In this document: positions 19,151-29,364 of the stretch, in pieces | How the letters are laid out: each line of letters starts with the position of its first letter | Numbering within the stretch: the stretch's first letter is position 1 | Source of the DNA: an uncultured Desulfobulbaceae bacterium | Lineage (GTDB): Bacteria > Desulfobacterota > Desulfobulbia > Desulfobulbales > Desulfobulbaceae | DNA: 29,364 nucleotides | Assembly: GCA_947260045.1 (NCBI GenBank) | Contig: CAMYOP010000001.1 | Location: 1 to 29,364, forward strand | Direction of reading: 5' to 3' | The notes under the pieces: model-generated | Seen by the model: the letters and a program-made list of their open reading frames with translations, nothing else | What the model was told of the DNA's origin: nothing | The model's database searches: none | Translations under genes and position numbers: made by a program

Positions 19151-20557
19151 TCAGCTTCTTAAATAACCATCAACATCATTTGCCACAATAACACCATAGT
19201 TAATGGCACCTAGCCAACCACTCATGATAATCCCCACCGATCCAACATGAAAAAGACCGGGCAGCTCTTTATAGATGGACCTGGAAATTTCAAGACCCTC
19301 AAACTTCGTACCAAAGGAAGTACCTTTAGTATGCAGGGTATAACGGTTAAAGGTCCGCGGAGTCGCTGCCTCAACCCAATCAACTTTTTCCCTGATGCCT
19401 GGAATATAGCGCTCAAGATCATTATAGGAGCGTTCAATCATATCGACTTTAGCCTTTTCATACTCTGTATCATCAAGCCTCATCCAGTCATCATAATTAC
19501 CATTCATAGAAGCAACGACAGTATAATCAGGTTTCTCTGGCCGCGTTTTCGGATAATAAATAGAAAAAGTTCGACTCTTGGTCTGCATATCAAGCATTTC
19601 TTCTGAAGAGAACTGTTTTGCCGTGGAGGTAAAAAGCAAATCTCCAACATCATCAAAACGCTCACCTTGTTTGACCCCAAAATACACCTGGCAGCTTGAA
19701 TTATTTACTTTTACAGCATCAAAACGTTCGAGGTAATCAGGGCTGAAGTGTTCACGGCCAGCAAGATTTGTTACCGTATTTGTTATACCACTGTTAGAAA
19801 CCACAGACTTGGCATGAATTTTTTTATTGCCGACGATTACCCCGGTAATTCTATCTTTTTCGATGATAAGCCTATTCACTCTGGCTTTAGTGCAAATAGT
19901 GACCCCATTGGCGACAAGCTCGTCTTGCATCATGTGGATGAGTTTATCAGTGCCACCTTCGAAAGTATAAACGCCACGATTCATAAAATTCGAAAAAACT
20001 ATACCATAGGTAATAGCCGGCTCATCAAGGGTTGAACCATTAGCGTATGTTATTGGTTCAAGCAAGAGACGATGAACATCACTGCGCCCAGGGAAAAATT
20101 TTTCAAAAAGCTCCCTTGTGGTCATGGATTGATCATCATAAAAATTCATTTTGTTGACAGTTGCAAAAAATTCGTCAACAACACTCATCTCTATTTGAAA
20201 TTTCTGGTTAAGAATTTTGACAAAGTCTTCCTTATCAAAAGAGGTTTTCAAGGAAAACTGGGGATTATCAAAGACAATATTATCCAATTGGACAATGGAA
20301 TCTTTAATGGCCTTATTCCAATATTTTTTGCAGGTTTTAACCATTCCATAGGGAAAACCATGTAAGGAAACATCAAAAACATGTCCTTTGCGTTTAAACC
20401 AGGTGGCCAGGCCACCGAGTTTTGTATGGTGCTCAAGTAACAAAATACTGTGCCCGGCTCTTGCCAAGCGGTTGGCGCAGGTGAGACCACCGAGACCTGA
20501 ACCGATCACAATGGTATCATATGAACTTTTTAGATTTTTTAACGGTGTAAAGGACAT
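19151..20557 (-). CDS. Phytoene dehydrogenase-like (CrtI/COG1233 family) FAD-dependent oxidoreductase, copy 2; function unknown
   Basis: N-terminal dinucleotide fold YDTIVIGSGLGGL...LLEHHTKLGG...FDVSLHG. C-terminal ATPRTFNRYT...GTSFG and LFHVGSVGIIMSGWLGAINYG. Confidence 0.85.
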   Translation of the reverse strand: MSFTPLKNLKSSYDTIVIGSGLGGLTCANRLARAGHSILLLEHHTKLGGLATWFKRKGHVFDVSLHGFPYGMVKTCKKYWNKAIKDSIVQLDNIVFDNPQFSLKTSFDKEDFVKILNQKFQIEMSVVDEFFATVNKMNFYDDQSMTTRELFEKFFPGRSDVHRLLLEPITYANGSTLDEPAITYGIVFSNFMNRGVYTFEGGTDKLIHMMQDELVANGVTICTKARVNRLIIEKDRITGVIVGNKKIHAKSVVSNSGITNTVTNLAGREHFSPDYLERFDAVKVNNSSCQVYFGVKQGERFDDVGDLLFTSTAKQFSSEEMLDMQTKSRTFSIYYPKTRPEKPDYTVVASMNGNYDDWMRLDDTEYEKAKVDMIERSYNDLERYIPGIREKVDWVEAATPRTFNRYTLHTKGTSFGTKFEGLEISRSIYKELPGLFHVGSVGIIMSGWLGAINYGVIVANDVDGYLRS

Positions 20558-20699
20558 AGTGTAATGGTCCAATAATAAGAATACGTTCTTTCATGGACTC
20601 TGGAGTGTGCCAAGCAAAGAACTTTTGGGAAAAGTTAATAGTTATCTAATAGCAGAAAAATTATATATTTCTACCAAGTTAATCTGACTTCTGCAAGAC

Positions 20700-22091
20700 T
20701 CATTGCAGTAACTGTTGATTGACGATGGTAACACCGCTCAGCATTGAACCAATGATACCGAGATAGCCTTGGTCAGTTCCTGCAATAAACAAATTTTGCC
20801 AGGGTGTGCATCCATCTTTAATCTTGAGTGGACTGCCATAGACTGCTCCTTTAGCCTTGGCAGTATAGCGCTCTATGGTAGTCGGGGTGAAACTGTCCTG
20901 AAAAACAGCACCTTTCCAGTAATTTCCAATTATTTTCCCCACAGTCTGCTGTGATTTTGTGTACGATTCTGTTTTCAACTGCTCATACTGTGTGGAACCA
21001 GCCTGACGCCATATTTCATAATTGGCGGGATTGGTGACCCTTACCTGAAAAACATCTCCTTCTTCCAAAGCTTGAAAGTTTTCAGGAAAACAAATGACTC
21101 CCCAGGAATCATCAATAGCGGTGTCTGGGCAGCTATAGTGAAACTCGTCTTTGTTATTATAAAAAATGATTGTTGAATCGGATCGGACCGATTGTCTTTG
21201 GGACGAGGGCAAAATTGAAATTGACTCCATAAAACTCATTTTTCCGCTATATGCTTCAAGCTCAAGGGGCCAATCACTTAAATGGGCAGTACCAGGAATA
21301 CCTACCGTGGACAAAACAGCCCGGCAGGATATTTCCTCTCCGCTCTCCAACAAGACTCCCTGTATACGATCTTTATGGGTGACAATTTTTGCTACTTTGG
21401 TCTGAAAACGTATTTCCCCGTCATATTTTTTATACTGCTCTACAAGCATATCGAGAAAATCTCGAATAGTACCCTCTGGTCGAAAAAATCCTTCCAGAAA
21501 AATTGAGCGGAACATTATAACAAACTGACCAAAATCCATATCATGCTCTTCGCTATTGCCATACACCATGAGTGGCAGCAATAACATATCCTCAAGAACT
21601 TTATTACGAAGAGTAATAGATAATATTTCGCGGGTTGACTGCCACTTACTCAAGGCAAAGGGGTCATGCTCCTGAACTTTCATGGCTAAATTACGGAAAT
21701 GATCCAGGGAACCAGGAAACTCTCTTTCTATTTCGCTTTCAAGGAAAGAAAAGTCATTGTTAAACCTGAGTCCATGTGTTTGAAATTTGATTTCAGAACC
21801 GATCTGTTCGTGGGTCTGAAATTTTTTTCGGGAAAGTTTAAGCTGCCTGAAAAGTCTGTTGAGAGGTGCATGCCGATTTGAGGGCTCAGCAAAATTGGTC
21901 ATGGCATGCAGGCCGGTCTCAAGTATATGCCCCTGGCGATAATAAAATGAATTGAGTCCGCCTGGAAAATGGTGCTGCTCAAGTATGAGAACTTTTTGAC
22001 CAAAGCGGGCCGTTCGTATACCTGCAGCAAGTCCGGAGAGGCCTCCGCCAATTATTATAAGCTGATAATCTTCCAGACTTTTCACCTCCAA
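20700..22091 (-). CDS. Phytoene dehydrogenase-like (CrtI/COG1233 family) FAD-dependent oxidoreductase, copy 1; function unknown
   Basis: IIIGGGLSGLAAG...LILEQHHFPGG...LETGLHA. C-terminal FTPTTIERYT...GAVYG and LFIAGTDQGYLGIIGSMLSG. Start codon uncertain (TTG 22091 or GTG 22085). Confidence 0.85.
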   Translation of the reverse strand: MEVKSLEDYQLIIIGGGLSGLAAGIRTARFGQKVLILEQHHFPGGLNSFYYRQGHILETGLHAMTNFAEPSNRHAPLNRLFRQLKLSRKKFQTHEQIGSEIKFQTHGLRFNNDFSFLESEIEREFPGSLDHFRNLAMKVQEHDPFALSKWQSTREILSITLRNKVLEDMLLLPLMVYGNSEEHDMDFGQFVIMFRSIFLEGFFRPEGTIRDFLDMLVEQYKKYDGEIRFQTKVAKIVTHKDRIQGVLLESGEEISCRAVLSTVGIPGTAHLSDWPLELEAYSGKMSFMESISILPSSQRQSVRSDSTIIFYNNKDEFHYSCPDTAIDDSWGVICFPENFQALEEGDVFQVRVTNPANYEIWRQAGSTQYEQLKTESYTKSQQTVGKIIGNYWKGAVFQDSFTPTTIERYTAKAKGAVYGSPLKIKDGCTPWQNLFIAGTDQGYLGIIGSMLSGVTIVNQQLLQ

Positions 22092-22122
22092 TATTGGCTA
22101 GGAAATTGTGATTGTATCAGGT

Positions 22123-22150
22123 GATCATGCCTCAATTTTGGAGGCAGATC
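22123..22150 (-). other. Intergenic stem-loop just downstream of acp (possible mRNA-stabilising or attenuating hairpin)
   Basis: GATC-(A bulge)-TGCCTC / 7-nt loop / GAGGCA-GATC inverted repeat with no U-tract. Confidence 0.4.
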
Positions 22151-22167
22151 CAGGCTAGGCTTGAAAA

Positions 22168-22428
22168 TCAGCTAACAGCAACGCTCTGAAGTTTAGGTTC
22201 AAGATAATTTACACAACTATTTAAGGTAGCAAGCTCTGGATATTCTTCTTCAGGAATTGTAATCTGGTAGCGCTTACGCAGCTCCATCACTATATCAAGA
22301 AAATCCATGGAATCCAGATCAAGCTGATCACGCAAAGGCGCATCGGCATCCAGACCATCGAACTCCGCTTCTTCATCAATATCTTGAATGATTTCTATAA
22401 TAATATCCCTGATTTCGTCCCGGGTCAT
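22168..22428 (-). CDS. Acyl carrier protein dedicated to the cluster
   Basis: 86 aa, strongly acidic, phosphopantetheine site LDLDSMDFLDIVM; AGAGGA RBS. Confidence 0.92.
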   Translation of the reverse strand: MTRDEIRDIIIEIIQDIDEEAEFDGLDADAPLRDQLDLDSMDFLDIVMELRKRYQITIPEEEYPELATLNSCVNYLEPKLQSVAVS

Positions 22429-22514
22429 TTCAATCCTCTATATAAATTAATGGTAATCTCTTCGAATTCTCGACAATTTTAGCGTGTTTACGCCAACAAT
22501 CATAGAGAAAAAAA

Positions 22515-23765
22515 TTAGTAGGCATCAAACCTTTTCACAATTACGACTGAATTAATTCCAACCATGCCGAAGGAGTTATTCAAAATTGTGTCGACCTTGT
22601 CAAGTTGTTTCGGTTCATTTGCGACAATTCCGGGTAATTCACAGGCAGGATCCAAGCTATCCAGATTAATAGTTGGATGAACAATATTATCCTCAAATGA
22701 CGACAGATTGCCGGCCAGTTCCAGGACTCCGGCCGCTCCCATGGCATGTCCAATCGTTGATTTGGTATTATTTACATACACGTTGGACGCATCCTGAAAA
22801 ACTTCACGAATCGCTTTACATTCCTCTATGTCACCCTGGCGTGTCCCTGTGGCATGAGTATTTATAATTGTTATATCATTGGCTGTCATTCCAGCTCTAG
22901 CAAGGGCAATTTTCATACATTCTGCCTGGCGTGGACCATATGGTAAAACAAAATCACGGGCATCAGAATTCATGGCATAGCCTGCTATTTCACCATAAAT
23001 TTTAGCCCCCCGTGCCAGTGCTTTATCCAGGCGTTCAAGAGTGAAGACGCAACCACCCTCAGAAATTACAATACCATTTCTATCCAGGTCAAAAGGTCGG
23101 CTGGCCTTGGTTGGATCTTTGTGTTCAGCTAACGCTCCCTGGGCCCTAAAACTTGCAAAAATACCAAAAGAATCAACACACTCTGAAATACCGCCGCATA
23201 GGGCCAGATCCACCTCTTCCAAAAGGAGCATCTGAACACCCTGAATTAAAGCAGCATTTCCAGCGGCACAGGCTGCCCCAATTGAATAATGGGGGCCGGT
23301 AATCCCAAGATTCATGGTAATTTCGCCCGCTGGATTATTCAAGACAGTTCGCGGGTTATGGTGATGAGTCCAGTAATCTACATTATAATCAAAACAGCTG
23401 ATATTATAGACTTCATTTTCCGTTTCAACGGTTCCATGCTCTGTCAGGCCTATATACACACCCGTAGAAGACTTATCATATTGACTGAAATCTATACCAC
23501 TGTCGGCTAATGCTTCATTGGCACAATAGACGCTGATGCAGCCGGCCCGGGTTCCCCGTTTATTTTCTTTCTTTTTTCGATATTTTGTTTCGGCAAATGA
23601 ACAGATTCCGGCAGGGGCTGTATCCATATAACGGAGGTCAATTGTTGAAATACCACTTGTTCCTGCAAGTAATTTTTGTCTGAATTCAGTTAAATTACTT
23701 GCATTAGGGGACGCCAGCCCGACCCCGGTAATGACGATTCTTTTGTTTTCCGCCTTTGTCTGCAT
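22515..23765 (-). CDS. fabF: Beta-ketoacyl-ACP synthase II (FabF/FabB family), divergent
   Basis: IVITGVG, Cys-His-His triad (GAACAAG, NTHATGT, KSTIGHAMGAAG), EGGCVFTLE, C-terminal NNSFGMVG; ATG 23765 preferred over TTG 23771. Confidence 0.88.
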   Translation of the reverse strand: MQTKAENKRIVITGVGLASPNASNLTEFRQKLLAGTSGISTIDLRYMDTAPAGICSFAETKYRKKKENKRGTRAGCISVYCANEALADSGIDFSQYDKSSTGVYIGLTEHGTVETENEVYNISCFDYNVDYWTHHHNPRTVLNNPAGEITMNLGITGPHYSIGAACAAGNAALIQGVQMLLLEEVDLALCGGISECVDSFGIFASFRAQGALAEHKDPTKASRPFDLDRNGIVISEGGCVFTLERLDKALARGAKIYGEIAGYAMNSDARDFVLPYGPRQAECMKIALARAGMTANDITIINTHATGTRQGDIEECKAIREVFQDASNVYVNNTKSTIGHAMGAAGVLELAGNLSSFEDNIVHPTINLDSLDPACELPGIVANEPKQLDKVDTILNNSFGMVGINSVVIVKRFDAY

Positions 23766-23780
23766 GCTCAATTTTTCTCT

Positions 23781-23789
23781 ATAATAACA
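23781..23789 (-). promoter_or_regulatory. Possible extended -10 promoter element for the fab-ole cluster
   Basis: TG-T-TATTAT in the 42-nt alaS-fabF gap; no recognisable -35. Confidence 0.22.
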
Positions 23790-23807
23790 GTATGCGTGAG
23801 GATTTCT

Positions 23808-26397
<2,590 letters not shown>

Positions 26398-26493
26398 TCA
26401 AGTGTTTGTTTTTAATGAGTACGCCCGACTCAATTCGTTTAGTAATTTTTTATTTTAGCGGCGTATGTAAAGTGCAATAAGCCCTGCCGAAGC

Positions 26494-27057
26494 TTATTTG
26501 AGAAAAGGGAGCATGGCTTTAAATTCCTTAGTCCCTGCCTCTTGCAATAATTCATAAATTATCATTTCAGCAGGTTTCATGATTGCACCCAGGCCAGCCA
26601 TCCTTTCCTGTCCCATTCTATGGTTTGCAGGAGTTCGCGATGAAATTGCATCAGCAACGACAGTGACACGATACCCTTTTTGCAAGGCACCAATCGCTGT
26701 CTGGTAAATACAGATATGACTCTCCACTCCGCACAGAAGAAGGGTATCCACCGCCTTGGGAAGTTTTTCAAGGAATCCACAAACTTCCTTATTTGCCAAA
26801 CCATTGAAAGTCATTTTATCTGGACAGGGAACCTCCTCCAGCAGACTGGCAAGCTCAGGAACCAGCGGACCTATTCCCTTCTTGTACTGGGTATTTGCCA
26901 GTAAAGGAATATCAAGAATCCTGGCAAGGTTGATCATCAGGCGAGTATTATGCACCACCCGGTCAGCTTCATGGATATGTGCCATTAACTTTTCCTGGGG
27001 ATCAACAACATACAGGCAACACTGTTCAGGTTGCAGAAATGAAGGTTCAATGCTCAT
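26494..27057 (-). CDS. Isochorismatase-family (cysteine) hydrolase
   Basis: LYVVDPQEKL (Asp), DKMTF (Lys), LLCGVESHICIYQTA (Cys), VVADAISSR. Confidence 0.88.
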   Translation of the reverse strand: MSIEPSFLQPEQCCLYVVDPQEKLMAHIHEADRVVHNTRLMINLARILDIPLLANTQYKKGIGPLVPELASLLEEVPCPDKMTFNGLANKEVCGFLEKLPKAVDTLLLCGVESHICIYQTAIGALQKGYRVTVVADAISSRTPANHRMGQERMAGLGAIMKPAEMIIYELLQEAGTKEFKAMLPFLK

Positions 27058-27505
27058 ATATATCTCCTGGTTAAATCAGAAAAAATCAGAATCTTTCCTG
27101 AAAGCACCAATAGAAAGGAACTTTTTTAATTTCCTGAAATAATTAATAACTGAAAATGACTAAAAGATTTACGTCTCACAGAGCGATTTTCATAAGATAT
27201 GCTATACATTAATACATGTTTTAGCAGACAACAAGCCAAGCACTCTACTACAAAATGAACAGTAAGTTATAAATTTTTAGTGAGACTACGGGAATTTTGC
27301 AACAGAAAAAAATCAAATACAATGCTCACCATCTTATATTTTCACAATAAACGGCTCTTCTCCAGAGTATTCTCTGGTTCAACTCATTTTTAATTTCGCT
27401 CTTAGCGCTTTGTTTTCAATATGCTATATTTAATGATCATGGCAATATATACTCAAACCTTCGACTCCCTGTATTTGTCTACTTATTAAATCAAGAGGTC
27501 TTCAC

Positions 27506-29364
27506 ATGGCTCTGGCTGACACAGCAAACAAGCAACATGTTCAATATGATTCCATTGACAAATATCTTGAGAATACCCTGCCCTTCAGCAATCTAAACGA
27601 AGCCATTCGCCAAAGTCTTGCCAAACACTGTACAATGGAATTTTTCCCACGAGGAACAACACTGCTGAAAGCTGATGAAACTGAGCTCTCGCATCTGTAT
27701 CTTATCCAACAGGGAGGAGTTAAATCCTATATAGTAGATGACGAGGGCGATGTTACCCTGAAGGATTTCAGAGGCCCAGGCGCATCGATTGGTGCCCTTG
27801 GTATCATTCATGGCAGGGTGGCAAATCTGAATATCGAGACGGTGGAAGATACTTTTTGCTACCTGCTTCCCCGTCAAGACTTCTTACGATTAATTGAGAA
27901 AAATCAAAGTGTCGCCCAATATTACCTCGAAGACTTTACCAAAAAGCTTACAGATTCCTTTTACCGTGAGTTACGCTGCCACAAACTTTCACGTCCCAGT
28001 GACGGTGATCTCTCTTTTTTCACCACAAATGCCGGACAAGTTATAAAAAAACTCCATACGGTTTCCTCCACCACCACAATCCAGATGGCAGCTTCCCATA
28101 TGGCCCAAAACCAGATCGGCTGCCTCCTGGTTCACGATGCTGACAACCCAGACGATATAACAGGAATCCTTACAAACCAGGACCTGCGGATCAGAGTGGT
28201 GGCTGCCGGCCAGAACTACCAGGACAAAGTTACATGTGTAATGACAGATAATGTCTACTCTGTTCCCGCAGACACTGCCTGCTTTGATGTCCTTATGAAG
28301 ATGATTGCAACGGGAATTCATCACATGGCCGTTGAAAAAGAAGGAAAAATCGTTGGAATTCTTACCTCTCACGATATCATGCACCTCCAGGGAAATTCCC
28401 CCTACCACCTGTTTAAAGAAATAGCTGCCCAACAGGAAATCAGCGGATTGTACAAACTGGCAAAGAAAAACCCAGAGACCATTTACAGCCTGATCAGAGA
28501 AGGGGCAAAGGCCGGCAACATTACCAGAATGATCGCTATAATTAATGACCATATCCTGGAAAGGCTCCTGAATCTTCTCGAAGAGGAAATGGGGCCACCT
28601 CCTGTCAGTTATTGCTGGCTGCTCATGGGAAGCGAAGGTCGCAGGGAGCAAACTTTTCAAACCGATCAGGATAATGCGATAATTTATGAGGATCCAAAAG
28701 ACGAGGCACAAAAAAAAAATGCCATAGCATATTTTTCTGAATTTGCCCGAAAAGCCATTGATCACCTTGTCCAGTGCGGATACCCTCTCTGCCCTGGTGA
28801 AATTATGGCTGTAAATCCAAAATGGTGCCAACCCTACTCCACCTGGCAGAACTATTTCCACCGATGGATGGCAGCTCCAGAGCCCCAGGAAATTCTTAAT
28901 TCAACCATATTTTTTGATTTTCGCGCAGGCTTTGGCGACCTAACACTGGCCAATAATCTGAGGACATATCTCCAGAAAAACAGCCAAAAAGAGTCCACCT
29001 TTCTCTTTCACATGGCTCAGGAATGTGTGGCGGGCAGAGCACCGCTCTCATTTTTCAGAAATTTCATCGTCAACCCTGATGGCGAGCATCGAGACATGCT
29101 TGATATAAAAAAACAGGGCCTGGTACACATTGTCAACTTTGCCAGATTAATGGCACTAAAAAACGGCTTCAAGGAAACAAATACCCTGGCCCGTCTCAAA
29201 GTGCTTTACGATGAAGGCCACATGACCAGGGATTTATGGTCATCTGCCAGCGAAGCATATGAGTTCCAAATGCAACTACGCCTGATTCACCAGTTGAATC
29301 AAATTGAAGATGGTATTGAACCAGACAACTTTATCGATCCCGCCCGCCTGACAGAACTGGAAAA
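27506..29364 (+). CDS. cNMP-binding + tandem CBS + DUF294 putative nucleotidyltransferase (GlnD/GlnE-like fold); 3'-partial, not in the ORF track
   Basis: Hand translation from ATG 27506 (AAGAGG RBS) stays open to the window end. MALADTANKQ...LPFSNL...EFFPRGTTLL...HLYLIQQGGV (cNMP). IGCLLV...TGILTNQDLR and IHHMAVEKEGKIVGILTSHDI (CBS pair). WLLMGSEGRREQTFQTDQDNAIIY (nucleotidyltransferase GSxGR...DxD). CPGEIMAVNPKW, IFFDFR and LDIKKQGL (DUF294_C). Confidence 0.9.
   Translation, partial: MALADTANKQHVQYDSIDKYLENTLPFSNLNEAIRQSLAKHCTMEFFPRGTTLLKADETELSHLYLIQQGGVKSYIVDDEGDVTLKDFRGPGASIGALGIIHGRVANLNIETVEDTFCYLLPRQDFLRLIEKNQSVAQYYLEDFTKKLTDSFYRELRCHKLSRPSDGDLSFFTTNAGQVIKKLHTVSSTTTIQMAASHMAQNQIGCLLVHDADNPDDITGILTNQDLRIRVVAAGQNYQDKVTCVMTDNVYSVPADTACFDVLMKMIATGIHHMAVEKEGKIVGILTSHDIMHLQGNSPYHLFKEIAAQQEISGLYKLAKKNPETIYSLIREGAKAGNITRMIAIINDHILERLLNLLEEEMGPPPVSYCWLLMGSEGRREQTFQTDQDNAIIYEDPKDEAQKKNAIAYFSEFARKAIDHLVQCGYPLCPGEIMAVNPKWCQPYSTWQNYFHRWMAAPEPQEILNSTIFFDFRAGFGDLTLANNLRTYLQKNSQKESTFLFHMAQECVAGRAPLSFFRNFIVNPDGEHRDMLDIKKQGLVHIVNFARLMALKNGFKETNTLARLKVLYDEGHMTRDLWSSASEAYEFQMQLRLIHQLNQIEDGIEPDNFIDPARLTELE

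Noticed and set aside
19151-22091. Carotenoid biosynthesis (crtI/crtN) call
   Set aside because: No phytoene synthase, prenyltransferase or cyclase in the window, and the genes are embedded among acp/fab genes. Family membership is supported, carotenoid function is not.
26476-26498. AATAAGC/GCTTATT hairpin as a terminator after the isochorismatase gene
   Set aside because: AT-rich 7-bp stem overlapping the stop codon with no U-tract; too weak to call.
27989-28861. 290-aa minus-strand ORF (also 27593-27877 and 29017-29199)
   Set aside because: Antisense shadows of the cNMP-CBS-DUF294 gene on the plus strand.

Overview
Mostly a ~40% GC chromosomal segment from a probable Desulfobulbales/Desulfocapsa-like anaerobe. 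The taxon is inferred from the split atp operon and gene content. In order: (1) the 3' end of a compositionally foreign (~56% GC) PEP-CTERM gene fused almost directly to a 5'-truncated mutS; (2) a TPR-AMIN-amidase; (3) a lone SudA/NfnB/GltD-type flavoprotein; (4) the atpF'-F-H-A-G-D-C half of a split F1Fo operon; (5) an 11-gene, 11.3 kb minus-strand lipid cluster; (6) alaS broken by an apparent ~25-codon deletion plus frameshift; (7) an isochorismatase-family hydrolase; (8) a cNMP-CBS-DUF294 nucleotidyltransferase running off the right edge and absent from the ORF track. The lipid cluster is the best candidate for an uncharacterised system: fabF, acp, two phytoene-dehydrogenase-like FAD enzymes, fabG, fabZ, fabI, then oleA, oleB, oleC, oleD. 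It looks like a dedicated type II FAS with two flavoprotein tailoring enzymes feeding head-to-head olefin synthesis. It is plausibly an O2-independent, Pfa-independent route to polyunsaturated long-chain hydrocarbons (inference). The mutS and alaS lesions may be assembly or processing artefacts and need read-level checks. No rRNA, tRNA, CRISPR, IS or integrase was seen.
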